From: Squalus acanthias
Lineage: Eukaryota
Length of the DNA: 64,000 nucleotides
Assembly: GCA_030390025.1 (NCBI GenBank)
Contig: CM059425.1
Location: forward strand, 161,698,001-161,762,000
Direction of reading: 5' to 3'
This document shows, one piece after another, positions 1 to 11,662 of this stretch. The position numbers were made by a program, and so were the translations under genes. Numbering within the stretch: position 1 is the stretch's first letter; every line of letters begins with the position of its first letter. The notes under the pieces are model-generated. The model made no database searches, was not told where the DNA came from, and saw only the letters and a list, made by a program, of their open reading frames with translations.

Positions 1-1425
1 AATGGGTGACCGTCAGGCAAAGTAGTAGGCACAGGCAGGTAGTGCAGGAGTCCCCTGTGGACATCCCCCTCTCAAACAGATATACCACTTTGGATATTGT
101 TGGGGGGGGCTGGCTTATCGGGGGAAGGCAGCAGCAGCCAAGTTCATGGCACTGTGGGTGGCTCTGCTGCATAGGACGGGAGGAAAAAGAGCGGGAGAGC
201 TATAGTGATAGGGGCTTTTATTGTAAGGAGAATAGACAGGCGTTTCTGCGGCTGCAAACGAGACTCCAGGATGGTATGTTGCCTCCTTGGTGCAAGGGTC
301 AAGGATGTCTCGGAGCGGCTGCAGGGCATTCTGGAGGGGGAGGGTGAACAGCCAGTTGTCGTGGTGCATATAGGTACCAACGATATAGGTAAAAAATGGG
401 ATGAGGTCCTAAAAGCTGAATATAGGGAGTTAGCAGGTAAATTAAAAAATAGGACCTCAAAGGTAGTAATCTCAGGATTGCTACCAGTGCCACGTGCTAG
501 TCAGAGTAGAAATAGCAGGATATTTCAGATGAATACGTGGCTAGAGGAATGGTGCAAGGGGGAGGGATTCAAATTCCTGGGACATTGGAACCGGTTCTGG
601 GGGAGGTGGGACCAGTACAAACTGGACGGTTTGCACCTGGGCAGGACCGGGACCGATGTCCTAGGGAGAGTGTTTGCTAGTGCTGTTGGGGAGGGTTCAA
701 ACTAAAATGGCAGGGGGTTGGGAACCTGTGCAGGGAGACAGAGAAAAGAGAAACAAGGATAGAAGCAAAAGATAGGAAGGAGAAACGCAAAAGTGGAAGG
801 CAGAGAAATCAAGGGTGTAAATCAAACAGGGCCACAGTTAAAAATAATTCTAAAAGGACTAAGAGTGTTAAAAAAACAAGCTTTGTGTCTTAATGCGAGG
901 AGCATTCGTAATAAGGTGGATGAATTAGCTGTGCAAATAGATGTAAACGGATATGATATAATTGGGTTACAGAGACATGGCTCCAGGGTGACCAAGGCTG
1001 GGAACTCAACATCCATGGGTATTCAATATTCAGGAAGGACAGGCAAAAAGGAAAAGGAGGTGGGATAGCATTGCTGGTTAAAGAGGAGATTAACACAATA
1101 GTAAGGAAGGATATTAGCTCGGATGATGTGGAATCTGTATGGGTAGAGATGCGAAATACCAAAGGGCAGAAAACATTAGTGGGAGTTGTATACAGATCCC
1201 CAAACAGTAGTGGTGAGGTTGGGGATGGCATTAAACAGGAAATTAGAGACGCATGCAATAAGGGCACAGCAGTTATCATGGGTGACTTTAATCTGCATAT
1301 AGATGGGGCTAACCAAATTAGTAACAATACTGTGGAGGAGGAATTCCTAGCGTGTATATGGGATGGTTTCCTGGACCAATAAGTCGAGGAACCAACTAGA
1401 GATCCGGCCATCTTAGACTGGTAAT

Positions 1426-2188
1426 GGCCCAGAAATTAAACATCGATGGTTCCTGCGGGGGTAAGGATTCCCCGCGATATCGCACTCCGCGCCTACCTTT
1501 TTGTTTCGGGCCCACACAAACTTCAGTTTCAGAGCCTCTCCCTGTTGCCAGCGTGCAGTGCTTGCGTGTCCCAGAGGCGCAATTAGTTCGTGCGAGCTCT
1601 GGGATCACGTGATTCAGTCAGAGCCAATGGCAGCACACCATCTTTCATTCATAGTTTTGACAGCAAGGGCTGTCAAAGCTATGAATACTACAAGCCCCCA
1701 AAAGAACAGCTAAACCTCAATTAAATTTAAAAAAAAGCCATCACATTAATAAAATAACCATAGTTAAATAAATTAACCACTTTAAACAAAAAATTTAATT
1801 TTTGAAAAAATTTAAAATCTTTTTAAAAGTTATAAAAGTAAACTTACCTTTCTTTAAAGTCTCTAAAAAAGATAAACCTGTTGAAATTTTTTTTAAATAA
1901 CACTTAATTAACTACTTACCTTGTTAAAAGGGGGTCCTACGCCTGCTTTCTTTATGTGTAAAATCTTCACCACTTACCTGCGCGTTCAAACCTGAAAAAA
2001 AACCTAAGTGCACTGCGTGCGTGCAGCCTGTGGATGCACGCGGTTCACTTAGGAACCGCCCCCTTTGCAATACACGAAGTGCCGGGTACCCGCGCATGCG
2101 CAGTGCATGCAGGAAACCGGCAATTCTGGAACTAATACGCGAGAGTACACAGTGCGTACTCTCGCGTATTAGGTCTAATTTTCGGGCC
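1426..2188. mobile_element. Harbinger/PHIS-type MITE, family A (763 bp), inserted in CR1 ORF2
   Basis: TIRs GGCCCAGAAATT / AATTTTCGGGCC; flanks AAT (1423-25) and ATT (2189-91); removing it rejoins the CR1 motif LDW.LCNE. Confidence 0.9.
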
Positions 2189-3520
2189 ATTATGTAATGA
2201 GAAAGGATTAATTAGCAATCTTCTTGTGTGAGGTCCCTTGGGGAAGAGCGATCATAATATGATTGAATTCTTCATTAAGATGGAGAGTGACGTAGTTGAC
2301 TCAGAGACTAGGGTCCTGAATTTAAATAAAGGAAACTACGATGGTATGAGGCACGAGTTGGCTAGGATGGATTGGGGAACGTTACTTAAAGGGTTGACGG
2401 TGGATAGGCAATGGCAAACATTTAAAGATCGCATGGATGAACTACAGAATTTGTTCATCCCTGTCTGGCATAAAAATAAAATAGGAAAGGTGGCTCAACC
2501 GTGGCTAACAAGGGAAATTAGTGATAGCATAAGATCTGAGGAGCAGACATATAAATTGGCCAGCAAACCTGAGGATTGGGAGCAGTTTAGGATTCAGCAA
2601 AGGAGGACAAAGGGATTAATTAAGAGGGGGGAAATAGAGTATGAGAGTAAGCTTGCAGGGAACATAAGAACTGACTGTAAAAGCTTCTATAGATATGTGA
2701 AGAGAAAAAGATTAGTGAAGTCAAGCGTAGGTCCCTTGCAGTCAGAATCAGGGGAATTTATAATGGGGAACAAAGAAATGGCAGACCAATTAAATACATA
2801 CTTTGGTTCTGTCTTCACAAAGGAGGACACAAGTAACCTCCCAGAGAGGTTGGGGAACATAGGGTCTAATGAGAGGGAGGAACTGAATGAAATCAGAATT
2901 TGTAGGGAAATGGTATTAGGGAAATTGACAGGATTGAAGGCCGATAAATCCCCAGGGCCTGATAATCTACATCTTAGGGTACTTAAGGAAGTGGCCCTAG
3001 AAATAGTAGATGCATTGCTGGTCATCTTCCAAAATTCTATAGATTCTAGAACAGTTCCCATGGATTGGAGGGTAGCTAATGTAACCCCACTATTTAAAAA
3101 AGGTGGTAGAGAGAAAATGGGTAGTGAGGAAAATGCTAGAGTCTATTATAAAAGATGTAATAGCAGAGCACTTGGAAAACAGTGACAGGATCGGACAAAG
3201 TCAACATGGATTTACAAAAGGTAAATCATGCCTGACTAATCTACTGGAATTTTTTGAAGATGTAACTGGTAGAATTGATAAGGGAGAACCAATGGATGTG
3301 GTGTATTTGGACTTTCAGAAGGCTTTCGACAAGGTCCGCTTAAGAGATTAGCATGCAAAGTTAAAGCACATGGGATTGGGGATAAGGTACTGACTTGGAT
3401 AGAGAACTGGTTGGCAGACAGGAAGCAAAGAGTTGGAATAAACGGGTCTTTTTCTGAGTGGCAGGCAGTGACTAGTGGGGTACCACAGGGATCGGGGCTA
3501 GGACCCCAGCTATTCACAAT

Positions 3521-4284
3521 GGGCCAACAATTCGGCACTTGCCGGGTGAGTACGCACTGTGTACTCACCCGTAAGGCCTCCTGAAGTGTCGGTTTTCTGC
3601 ATGCACTGTGCATGCGCGGGAAACCGGAACTTCCGGTCTCGTGAAGGGAGCAGTTCGGAGGTGAACCGCGTGCCCGGGAGAGGCTGCGCGCACACAGCGA
3701 ACTTAGGTTTTTTTTCAGGTTTCTCCGGGAAGGTAAGTATGGAAGAAGCTGCGCTTTTAAAAAGGAGGCGCAGGACCCGTTTTTAACAAGGTAAGTGGTT
3801 AATTAATTACAATTTAAATTTTTTTTCAACAGGTTTATCTTTTTTAGATACGTTAAAGAAAGGTAAGTTTATTTTTAGCACTGTTAAAAAGTATTTTAAT
3901 TTTTTCAAAAATTTTAATTTTTGTTTAAAGTAGTTAATTTATTTAACTTATAGTTATTTTAAAAATGTGATTTTAAAAAAAAATTTATTTGAAGTTTAGG
4001 TGTTGTTTTGGGGCCGATTTCAATTCATAGATTTGACAGGTCTTCCTGTCAAATCTATGAATGAAAGATGGTCTGCTGCCATTGGCTCTCCATGGCCCAC
4101 GTGATCCCTGGGGACGCATCGCACTAACTACGCCCCTGGGATACAGAAGCACTGCGCGCCGGCAGCTGCAGGAGGCCCAGGAGCTGAAGTCCCCGTGGGT
4201 CCAAAGGTCAACGGCAGGCGCGGTAGGTAGGTGCGCGCGGGATCCTTGCACCCGCGGGAAGCCAGGGAGCCTAATTTCTGGGCC
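3521..4284. mobile_element. MITE family A (764 bp), opposite orientation to 1426-2188, inserted in CR1 RT
   Basis: TIRs GGGCCAACAATT / AATTTCTGGGCC; AAT duplicated on both sides; removal restores CR1 CAGCTATTCACAATATATATTAATGAT (QLFTIYIND). Confidence 0.92.
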
Positions 4285-5270
4285 AATATATATTAATGAT
4301 CTAGACGAGGGTACTAGGTGTAATATCTCCAAGTTTGCAGACGACACAAAGCTGTGTGGGCGAGTGTGCTGTGAGGAGGATGCAGAGAAACTCCAGTATG
4401 ATTTGGACAGGTTAGGTGAGTGGGCAAATGCATGGCAGATGCAGTATCATGTGGATAAATGTGAGGTTATCCACTTTGGTGGCAAAAACAGGAAGGCAGA
4501 TTATTATCTGAACGGCAATAGATTGGGAAAAGAGGAGGTGCAACGAGACCTGGGTATCCTTGTGCACCAATCGCTGAAGGTAAGCTTGCAGGTGCAGCAG
4601 GCGGTTAAGGAGGCAAATGGTATGTTGGCCTTCATAGCGAGAGGATTCGCGTACAGGAGGAGGGATGTCTTGCTGCAGTTGTACAGGGCCTTGGTGAAAC
4701 CACACCTTCAGTATTGTGTGCAGTTTTGGTCGCCTTATCTGAGGAAGGATGTTCTTGCCATGGAGGGAGTGCGGCGAAGATTCACCAGACTGATACCTGG
4801 GATGGCAGGGATGACGTATGAAGAGAGATTGGGTCGATTAGGCTTATATTCGCTAGAGTTTAGAAGAATGAGAGGGGATCTCATTGAAACTTATAAAATT
4901 CTAACAGGACTAGACAGACTAGATGCAGGAAGGATGTTTCCGATGGCGGGTGAGTCCAGAACCAGGTGTCACAGTCTAAGGATAAGGGGTAATCCATTTA
5001 GGACTGAGATGAGGAGGAATTTCTTCACCCAGAGAGTGGTGAACCTGTGGAATTCTCTACCACAGAAGGCAGTTGAGGCCAATTCATTAAATATATTCAA
5101 GAAGGAGTTAGATATAGTTCTTAAGGCTAAAGGGATCAAGGGATATGGGGAGAAAGCAGGGACAGGGTACTGAATTTGGATGATCAGCCATGATCTCATT
5201 GAATGGCGGAGCAGGTTTGAAGGGCCGAATGGCCTACTCCTGCTCCTATCTTCTATGTTTCTATGTAAAA

Positions 5271-6710
5271 CCTACCATTTCACAGCTGTTCACTTCCCAA
5301 TCTTAGAAGTTGGAGCATTAATGATTTGGAACCCACTTTTGAGCTTTATGCACTTTTGAAGTGTTTGGAGTAATCTCTCTATCCACTGTCACATCCTTGG
5401 AACAACCTATCTCAACATTGACAGATTACTTCTGTCATCTCAACCTCACCTGCCATCTATTCCATCAGCATTGGTGCCCTTGAAAAATCTCACCTTGGTC
5501 CTCAGAATCCCAACACAATCAGCCCCAACACCAGCATCACCGGGCACACCAGCAGCACCAACATCCACACCAGCCTTTTCCGCAATCAACTGATGCTGCA
5601 CTGGACACAGGGCATCATCACCCGTGTACACTCCTGCCCAGGACGTCAGCGATGGTTTCACCATGTCCAGATTTGCTTTACTTAACACTGTACACTCCGT
5701 CTGCCACTTGATGCACCAGGTTGGCACCACCCCACACCAGCACCATAAAGCATCCCTACAATGTCCAAGCAATTCCTTTCACACTCATCACCCCTGGGGG
5801 CGTGGTGGTGGGGGGCGGGGGGGGGGGGGGGGCGGTGGGGGACGTTATGTCTCACCATTCACTGGAACTCACTAACACACTTTCAAAGGTGCACACAAAT
5901 CTGTCCAAGAAGGCAAAGTGGTGAAAATAAGGATTTCAATGCTTGACAACACATTAACAGAAGGTTTACACAAACATTGGCTAAAACACCCAAGTGCCTA
6001 CCCTTGTGTCTTTTTCGTTGGTATGACTGGTCTAGGATGAGGGTGAGTGTGAGGGGTGGCTAGTGAGATGGGGATGTGATAATGTAGATAGAGAGGGATG
6101 GGTGGAGGTGCAAGGTAAGTTGGTTTGAGCAAGGACATGCAGGAGTAGGGCAGGGAAGGCAGAGTGATGGGGATGTGATGAGTGGCATAGGAGGATGAGG
6201 TTGAGTGTGGCTTTGCAGTAATGTTTCGCGATCTACTATGATCATTGAAAGGTTTGCGCCACTGCAGCCTGGTCCTCCTGACGACATCCCTGCTTGTGTC
6301 CTCCTGTGCAGTGTGCAACCAGGCTGCGTTGGTCTCCTGGGGAGGTCACTTCCGCCCATTGGAAGGAAATAGAACCTCCCTGCGTGTTGGGAGAGCCTGG
6401 GTGCAGCCGTGCACCTCTGTGCAGTCATTGTCAGTGTTTGCAGCACCTCAATGCTGTAGAACACTGACAGCACAACTGTCAAAATGAATGTGGACATGGT
6501 CCCTTTAAGGAAACCGGCTGATGACGTGTCATCAGATGACGTCATCAGATCTGCTTCCTTTTAGTTGGCCGGGAACCTCGCAGGGCGGGCTGAACAAGCT
6601 CAATCAGGGCAAAATCACTTGGAAGAGGCAGGATGAAGCCGGGAGCGGGGTTTGAGGCCGCCGCCTACTCCGGCCGCACCGGACTCACCACGGCTGGCAA
6701 AATCGCAGCC
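5271..6710 (-). mobile_element. Degenerate, internally deleted PIF/Harbinger element with a Myb/SANT-like remnant (minus strand) and a probable DDE 3' remnant
   Basis: Minus-strand remnants AAPR..., REVLFPSNGRK, AWLHTAQEDTSRDVVRRTRLQWRKPFND resemble the Myb exon at 35218-35455; terminus AAAATCGCAGCC at ~6710; left boundary uncertain. Confidence 0.7.
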
Positions 6711-7274
6711 AGAGGGTGCAACAAGGTTGACCTGCTGACTCTTGAAAAAAAAATTCCAAATTAATTTCTGCATAACACGACATGAGGTAGGAGTTGCAAT
6801 GGCACTATGTTTAAGAAGCTGTTCAAGTTTGAGTTGAGGCAAGACCAAAAAATGCGATTCAGGGAGGACTTGGCTACTTTCTTGACAGTATTTGGTGGTG
6901 CTTGCTACTGTATTGAAGTCTCAAGTTTCAGACTCGGGGCTGGGAATGGTCAGAATGAAACACTAGCCTAGTTTTCATTTGAACTGATTAGATAGTTTTT
7001 TTCTCCCCCTGAATACCATGAGAGTGTGACATCATACATAGTACTTCCAGGCTTAGGCACTTCAGTAATTTTGGACATAACTCACGGTACCATAATACAT
7101 AAGGCATCCAACATTACTAGGGGCTACAGAATGCAGTAGTAAATTTAAATTGCAGCAGCAGAAATTTTTAATGGAGCAAGATTTTTATATTGTTACTGTG
7201 GGAATTTCAAAGGAAGCTTGGAGGCTGATTTATGTTGATATTTGTGGATTCTGCCTAGCCCTTCTGAGGTTTGA

Positions 7275-7545
7275 TACAAAGGGCAGTTAAGAATCAATCA
7301 CGTTGGTGTGCAACTGGAGTCGCGTATAGGCCAGACTGGGTATAGATGGGAGGCTTTCCTTCCCTAAAGGACATTAGCGAACCGGTTGGGTTTTTATGAT
7401 AATCTGGCAGCTTCATGGTCACTTTTACTGATACCAACTTTTCATTGCCAGATTTTTTTTAAACTGAATTAAAATTCTCAAACTGCCATGATGGGATTTG
7501 AGCTCATGTTCTCTGGATTATTAGTCCAAGCTGCTGGATTACTAC
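7275..7545 (-). mobile_element. SINE fragment, probably tRNA-derived
   Basis: Reverse-complement similarity to 20585-20700 (GTCCTTCAGGGAAGGAAACC...GGCCTATATGTGACTCCAG...TTAACTGCCC). Confidence 0.6.
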
Positions 7546-7549
7546 ACTA

Positions 7550-7840
7550 CAGTACCTTGATTATTCAAAAATTGAGAAAAATTGCATGATTGAAAAGGTG
7601 GTCCACTGTCAAGAAACCAGCTTTACAGGAAGTCCATATCAAACAAACAAGTAACGTAACATGTCCATCGTCGCTGTGCTTCCATTGATGACATCGGGCC
7701 ACTTCGAGCCTTTTAGAATGAGAATCCAAAACAAGTACAAAATTTCTACGTCTTCAGCTCAGCAAAATCAACACGAATACGCCGCCATACTTTTGTTGGC
7801 CATTGCCAAGTACTAGTTTCCGCAGGGTTTACAGGTAAGT
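7550..7840 (-). mobile_element. Gypsy-type LTR retrotransposon integrase relic
   Basis: Minus-strand translation WQWPTKVWRRIRVDFAE...SKWPDV...DSGPPFQS resembles the WxWPxxPWxRIHxDFA / SKWPEV / DNGPxFxS integrase motifs. Confidence 0.65.
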
Positions 7841-7864
7841 TGAAAGGCTTGATACTCATGAAAA

Positions 7865-8125
7865 TTACCCTATAGTGCTTTACCAAGCAAAATATTTCAA
7901 AGCAATTCACGCAATGAATCACTGCAGTCATTCCGAGTCACCAACAGCAATGAGTTGAATCAGTCAATCTGTTTTTCGGTGGTACTGGTTGAGAGGGAAA
8001 TTTTAGCCAGGTCACTGGGAGAATTTCTCAGATACTGGAACAGACAGATGGAGCTTCAGTTTAATATCTCATCCGAAGGATAGCATCTCTGATAATGCAG
8101 CACTGCTTCAGTATTACACTGGATA
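7865..8125 (-). mobile_element. Degenerate Deu-domain SINE (SacSINE1/AmnSINE1-like)
   Basis: Reverse complement resembles the Deu core (CCAGTGTAATACTGAAGCAGTGCTGCATTATCAGAGATGCT...GGATGAGATATTAAACTGA) and the tail at 26788-27010. Confidence 0.6.
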
Positions 8126-9236
8126 TAGCTTTCCGATAATGAATGCACAAAATCATATGATGCAACCCACTAATCATTTGCAACATAACATGAAGAGTTC
8201 GGTAACTCTGGAGAAGTGCTAAAAGTATTTGAAACAAAAATATACAACTAAAATCATAAGGACTTCTCTTTTAAATCAAATGCAACAAAATTTATTTCCA
8301 AAAAATGTAAGATTTTTTCTATTGTTGATGCAGTCGTGTGAAGAAGCAAACTGTTTGGTCCAGCAGCAGTGCAGATCTGTTCACAGTGAAGTCGTTCTTA
8401 ATTAATTCACATATTAAATCGCAATTACTTTACCATTGGAATACACAAATGGTTGTAATCATAATTAGAATGTAAACTAATGAACAAGGGGCCTTTTTAA
8501 TGTTTAAATCGGTCCACGTTTTGAGTAAGCCACCTGTTAAGAGATTTCAGTCAAAATAAATCAAAATACTAACACTATTTTATGGAAGTGTACATATACA
8601 TAAAACTCTATAAAAGGATGTACTTTAAAATTGAAAACTTTTAAATTAAAGTCTGGCACATGGATCTATTTGTTTAAAGTTGTCAGCGTGGCAGGAGTCC
8701 CAACTAAGCAACACATCACCATGCTATGCCATAGATATGGATGCAGGTCTCCCACAGATAGTGGCTTTCTGACAATACAGCACTAAGCAGGGACAACAGG
8801 AGGGAGGAAAGGGAAAAAACAAAAATCACTAGGGATCCCACTCTTGCTGTATTTCAACAAGAACTGGTGGGGTACTCCTGCTCATTTCTCCATTCTTTCA
8901 GCAAAGCTTCGGGTGAGAAGCAAACGACAAGGACACAAAGTCGAGAAAAACCATAGTGTATTTTACAAGTTGTGACTTTTTTTTGGAGAATTTCAATTGT
9001 CAAGCAAGGGTAGGATTCAAACTCAGTGGTAGATATAGTGCAATAATGCATTTCTTCTGAATAAATACAAGTTCTTTCTTCTCTCAATGTGTGGAGTGTG
9101 CTTGACTGGTGGGATGTAAGATATATCCAGATGGGTTGTGGTGAAGGGAGAGAAAAAATGTTCGAAACCGATCAACTGTTGCCTGATGTGTGTGAATACA
9201 AAGCAGGGAGTGTCTGACAAACTTGATTGAGTTCTT

Positions 9237-11662
9237 CATAGAGTCATAATGGCACAGAAGGAGGCCATTCAGCCCATCGAGTCCGTGCCGCTCTCTGTAG
9301 AGCAATCCAGTCAGTCCCATTCCCCCGCTCTATCCTCGTAGCCTTGTAAGTTTATTTCCCTCAAGTGCCTATCCAGACTCCCCTTGAAAACATCGAGTGT
9401 CTCCGCTTCCACCACTTCCATTGGCAGCGAGTTCCAGGTCCTCACCAATCGCTGCGTAAAAAAGCTTTTCCTCACATCCCCCATGTATCTTTTGCCCAAA
9501 ACCTTAAATCTGTGTCCCCTAGTCCTTGTACCATCAACTAGTGAGAACAGCCTTTCCCCGCCTAGCCTATCCAAACCCGTCATAATCTTGTACACCTCTA
9601 TCAAATCACTCCTCAATCTCCTTTGCTCTAATGAAAACAAATCCAGCTTCTCCAACCTGTCCTTGTAGCTAAGATCCCTCATCCCCGGAACCATTCTGGT
9701 AAATCTCCTCTGCACCTTCTCAAGTGCTTTCACATCCTTCCTAAAGTGTGGTGACCAGAACTGGACGCAATACTCCAATTGTGGCCTAACCAGCGCTTTA
9801 TAAAGGTTCAGCATAACTTCTCTACTTTTGTACTCAATACCTCTATTTATGAAGCCCAAGATCCCATATGCTTTGCTAACCACTCTCTCAATATGTCCTG
9901 CCCTCGCTCGGACGATGACGTAGTCCAGCAGATGCTAGTGCTTGGAGCGAGGGTGCTGCCATGAAGCCTTGTACTTGTCTCTCTGACGGAACAAGGTGTT
10001 GGTTATGACAAGGCCATGTTCTGAGCATTTCGACAGGAGGAGGGTACTGTTGTAGTTGGCTTTCCCTACCCCCTCTTTGCCGATCACACCTCCCCAGAGG
10101 TCTGTGTCCTTTCCAATCTGGCGTTAAAGTCGCCGCGGAGGATCAGCAAGTCGCCCGTTGGGACTCGGGACAGGGATTGTTCGAGGTTGGAGTAGAATTC
10201 CTCTTTGGTCTCGTTTGTGGCTTCCAGTGTTGGGGCGTACGCACTGAAGACCATAGTGCACTGGTTCCGGGCTAGGGTGAGCCGAAGAGTCATAAGGTGC
10301 TCGTTTATACCGCTAGGAGAGTCTCTGAGATGCCCAGCTAGTTCATTTTTAATGGCAAAGCCTACCATGGAGGTAGCGTTCTTCTTCAGGTTTGCCTTTC
10401 CAGAAGGTGTAGCCACCGCCTTGCTCCTTGAGCTGGCCTTCCCCTGCCAGCCGAGTCTCACTTAGGGCGGCGATGTCAATGTTGAAACGTCTGAGCTCCC
10501 GGGCAACGATAGCAGTACGGCATTCCGGTCTGTCACTGTTGGGATTGTCCAAGAGGGTCCTGACGTTCCAGGTCCCGAACTTCATTTTAAAGGGTGGAAG
10601 ATGCCGGTGTGTGAATTCTTTTAACATGGGGTGGCCGTTGCACATCAGCTACCACACAGGCTTGACAGAGCAAGGTCTTGGTCCAATGGCAAGGGGATCC
10701 AAGACGATTGGAGACCAGGCTCTGCTACAACGGCCTAGCACACATACCTCGGGAGCCTACTGTCAACAAGGGTAGACGTCGATGACGAAGTCCAACACCG
10801 CCTTTAGTGTGCCAGTGCAGCCTTTGGTCGCCTGAGGAAGAGAGTGTTTGAAGACCAGGACCTCAAACCTGGCACTAAGCTCATGGTCTACAGAGCAGCA
10901 GTGATACCCACCCTGCTGTATGCCTCAGAGACATGGACCATGTACAACAGGCACCTCAAAGCACTGGAGAGGTACCACTAACGCTGCCTCCGCAAGATCC
11001 TGCAAATCCATTGGCAGGATAGGTGCACCAACGTCAGTGTTCTCGCTCAGGCCAACATCCCCAGCATCAAAGCTTTGACCACGCTTGATCAGCTCCGATG
11101 GACGGGTGACATCGTCCGCATGCCCGATACGAGACTCCCAAAACAAGCGCTATACTCGGAGCTCCGACACGGCAAGAGAGCCCCAGGTGGACAGAGGAAA
11201 CGCTTCAAGGACACCCTCAAAGCCTCCTTGAAAAAGTGCAACATCCCCACTGACACCTGGGAATCCCTGGCCCAAGACCGCACAAAGTGGAGGAGAAGCA
11301 TCCGGGAAGGCGCCGAACACCTTGAGTCTCTTCGCCGGGAGCAAGCGGAAGCCAAGCGCAAGCAACGCAAGGAGCGCACATCAACCCAAGCACCCCACCC
11401 ACCCGCCCCTTCAATCACCGTCTCCCCCACCTGTGACAGAGACTGTAGGTCCCGCATTGGACTCATCAGTCACCTGAGAACTCATTTTTAATGTGGAAGC
11501 AAGTCATCCTCGGTTCCGAGGGACTGCCTAAGCTAGCTATGTCCTGCCACCTTCAGGGACCTATGCACATTAACTCCCAGGTCCCTCTGTACCTGTACAC
11601 TCTTTAAAACTGTGTCATTAAGTGCATATTGCCTCTCCCTGTTCCTTCTGCCAAAATGCATC
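9237..11662 (-). mobile_element. 5'-truncated CR1 LINE (RT C-terminus + 3' UTR), split by an RTE insertion at 9903-11537
   Basis: ORF 9311-9883 LYKALVRPQLEYCVQFWSP...WNSLP; sequence continues after the 11-bp TSD at 11538. Confidence 0.9.
9903..11537. mobile_element. RTE (BovB-like) LINE with inverted 5' part: 5'UTR/APE on minus (9903-~10737), 3' end on plus (~10738-11537)
   Basis: MKFGTWNVRTLLDNP...IDIAALSETRL and SAYAPT (APE); QLRWTGDIVRMPDTRLPKQALYSEL...GGQRKRFKDTLK and CxxC..HxxxH (RTE C-terminus); 11-bp TSD TATGTCCTGCC at 9892-9902 and 11538-11548. Confidence 0.92.

Larger units (their letters stand above)
1..5266 (+). mobile_element. CR1 LINE (5' end outside window): ORF1 SGNH esterase, ORF2 APE endonuclease + reverse transcriptase; decayed and interrupted by two MITEs
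   Basis: ORF1 VVVHIGTNDI...DGLHL (205-705); APE VGVVYRSP, IMGDFNL, GKSDHN; RT QHGFTKGKSCLTNL, YLDFQKAFDKV, KFADDTKL; C-terminus RRNFFTQRVVNLWNSLP; CR1 3' UTR with (TTCTATGT)2 tail at 5251-5266; stops and frameshifts present. Confidence 0.95.

Noticed and set aside
4061..5173. 370-aa ORF as a novel fusion protein
   Set aside because: Chance read-through from MITE sequence into the CR1 RT C-terminus; the same applies to 47651-48166
5796..5841. G-quadruplex-like G tract as a regulatory element
   Set aside because: Lies inside a decayed Harbinger; poly-G runs recur in TEs here (35087, 44390, 45566) and are error-prone
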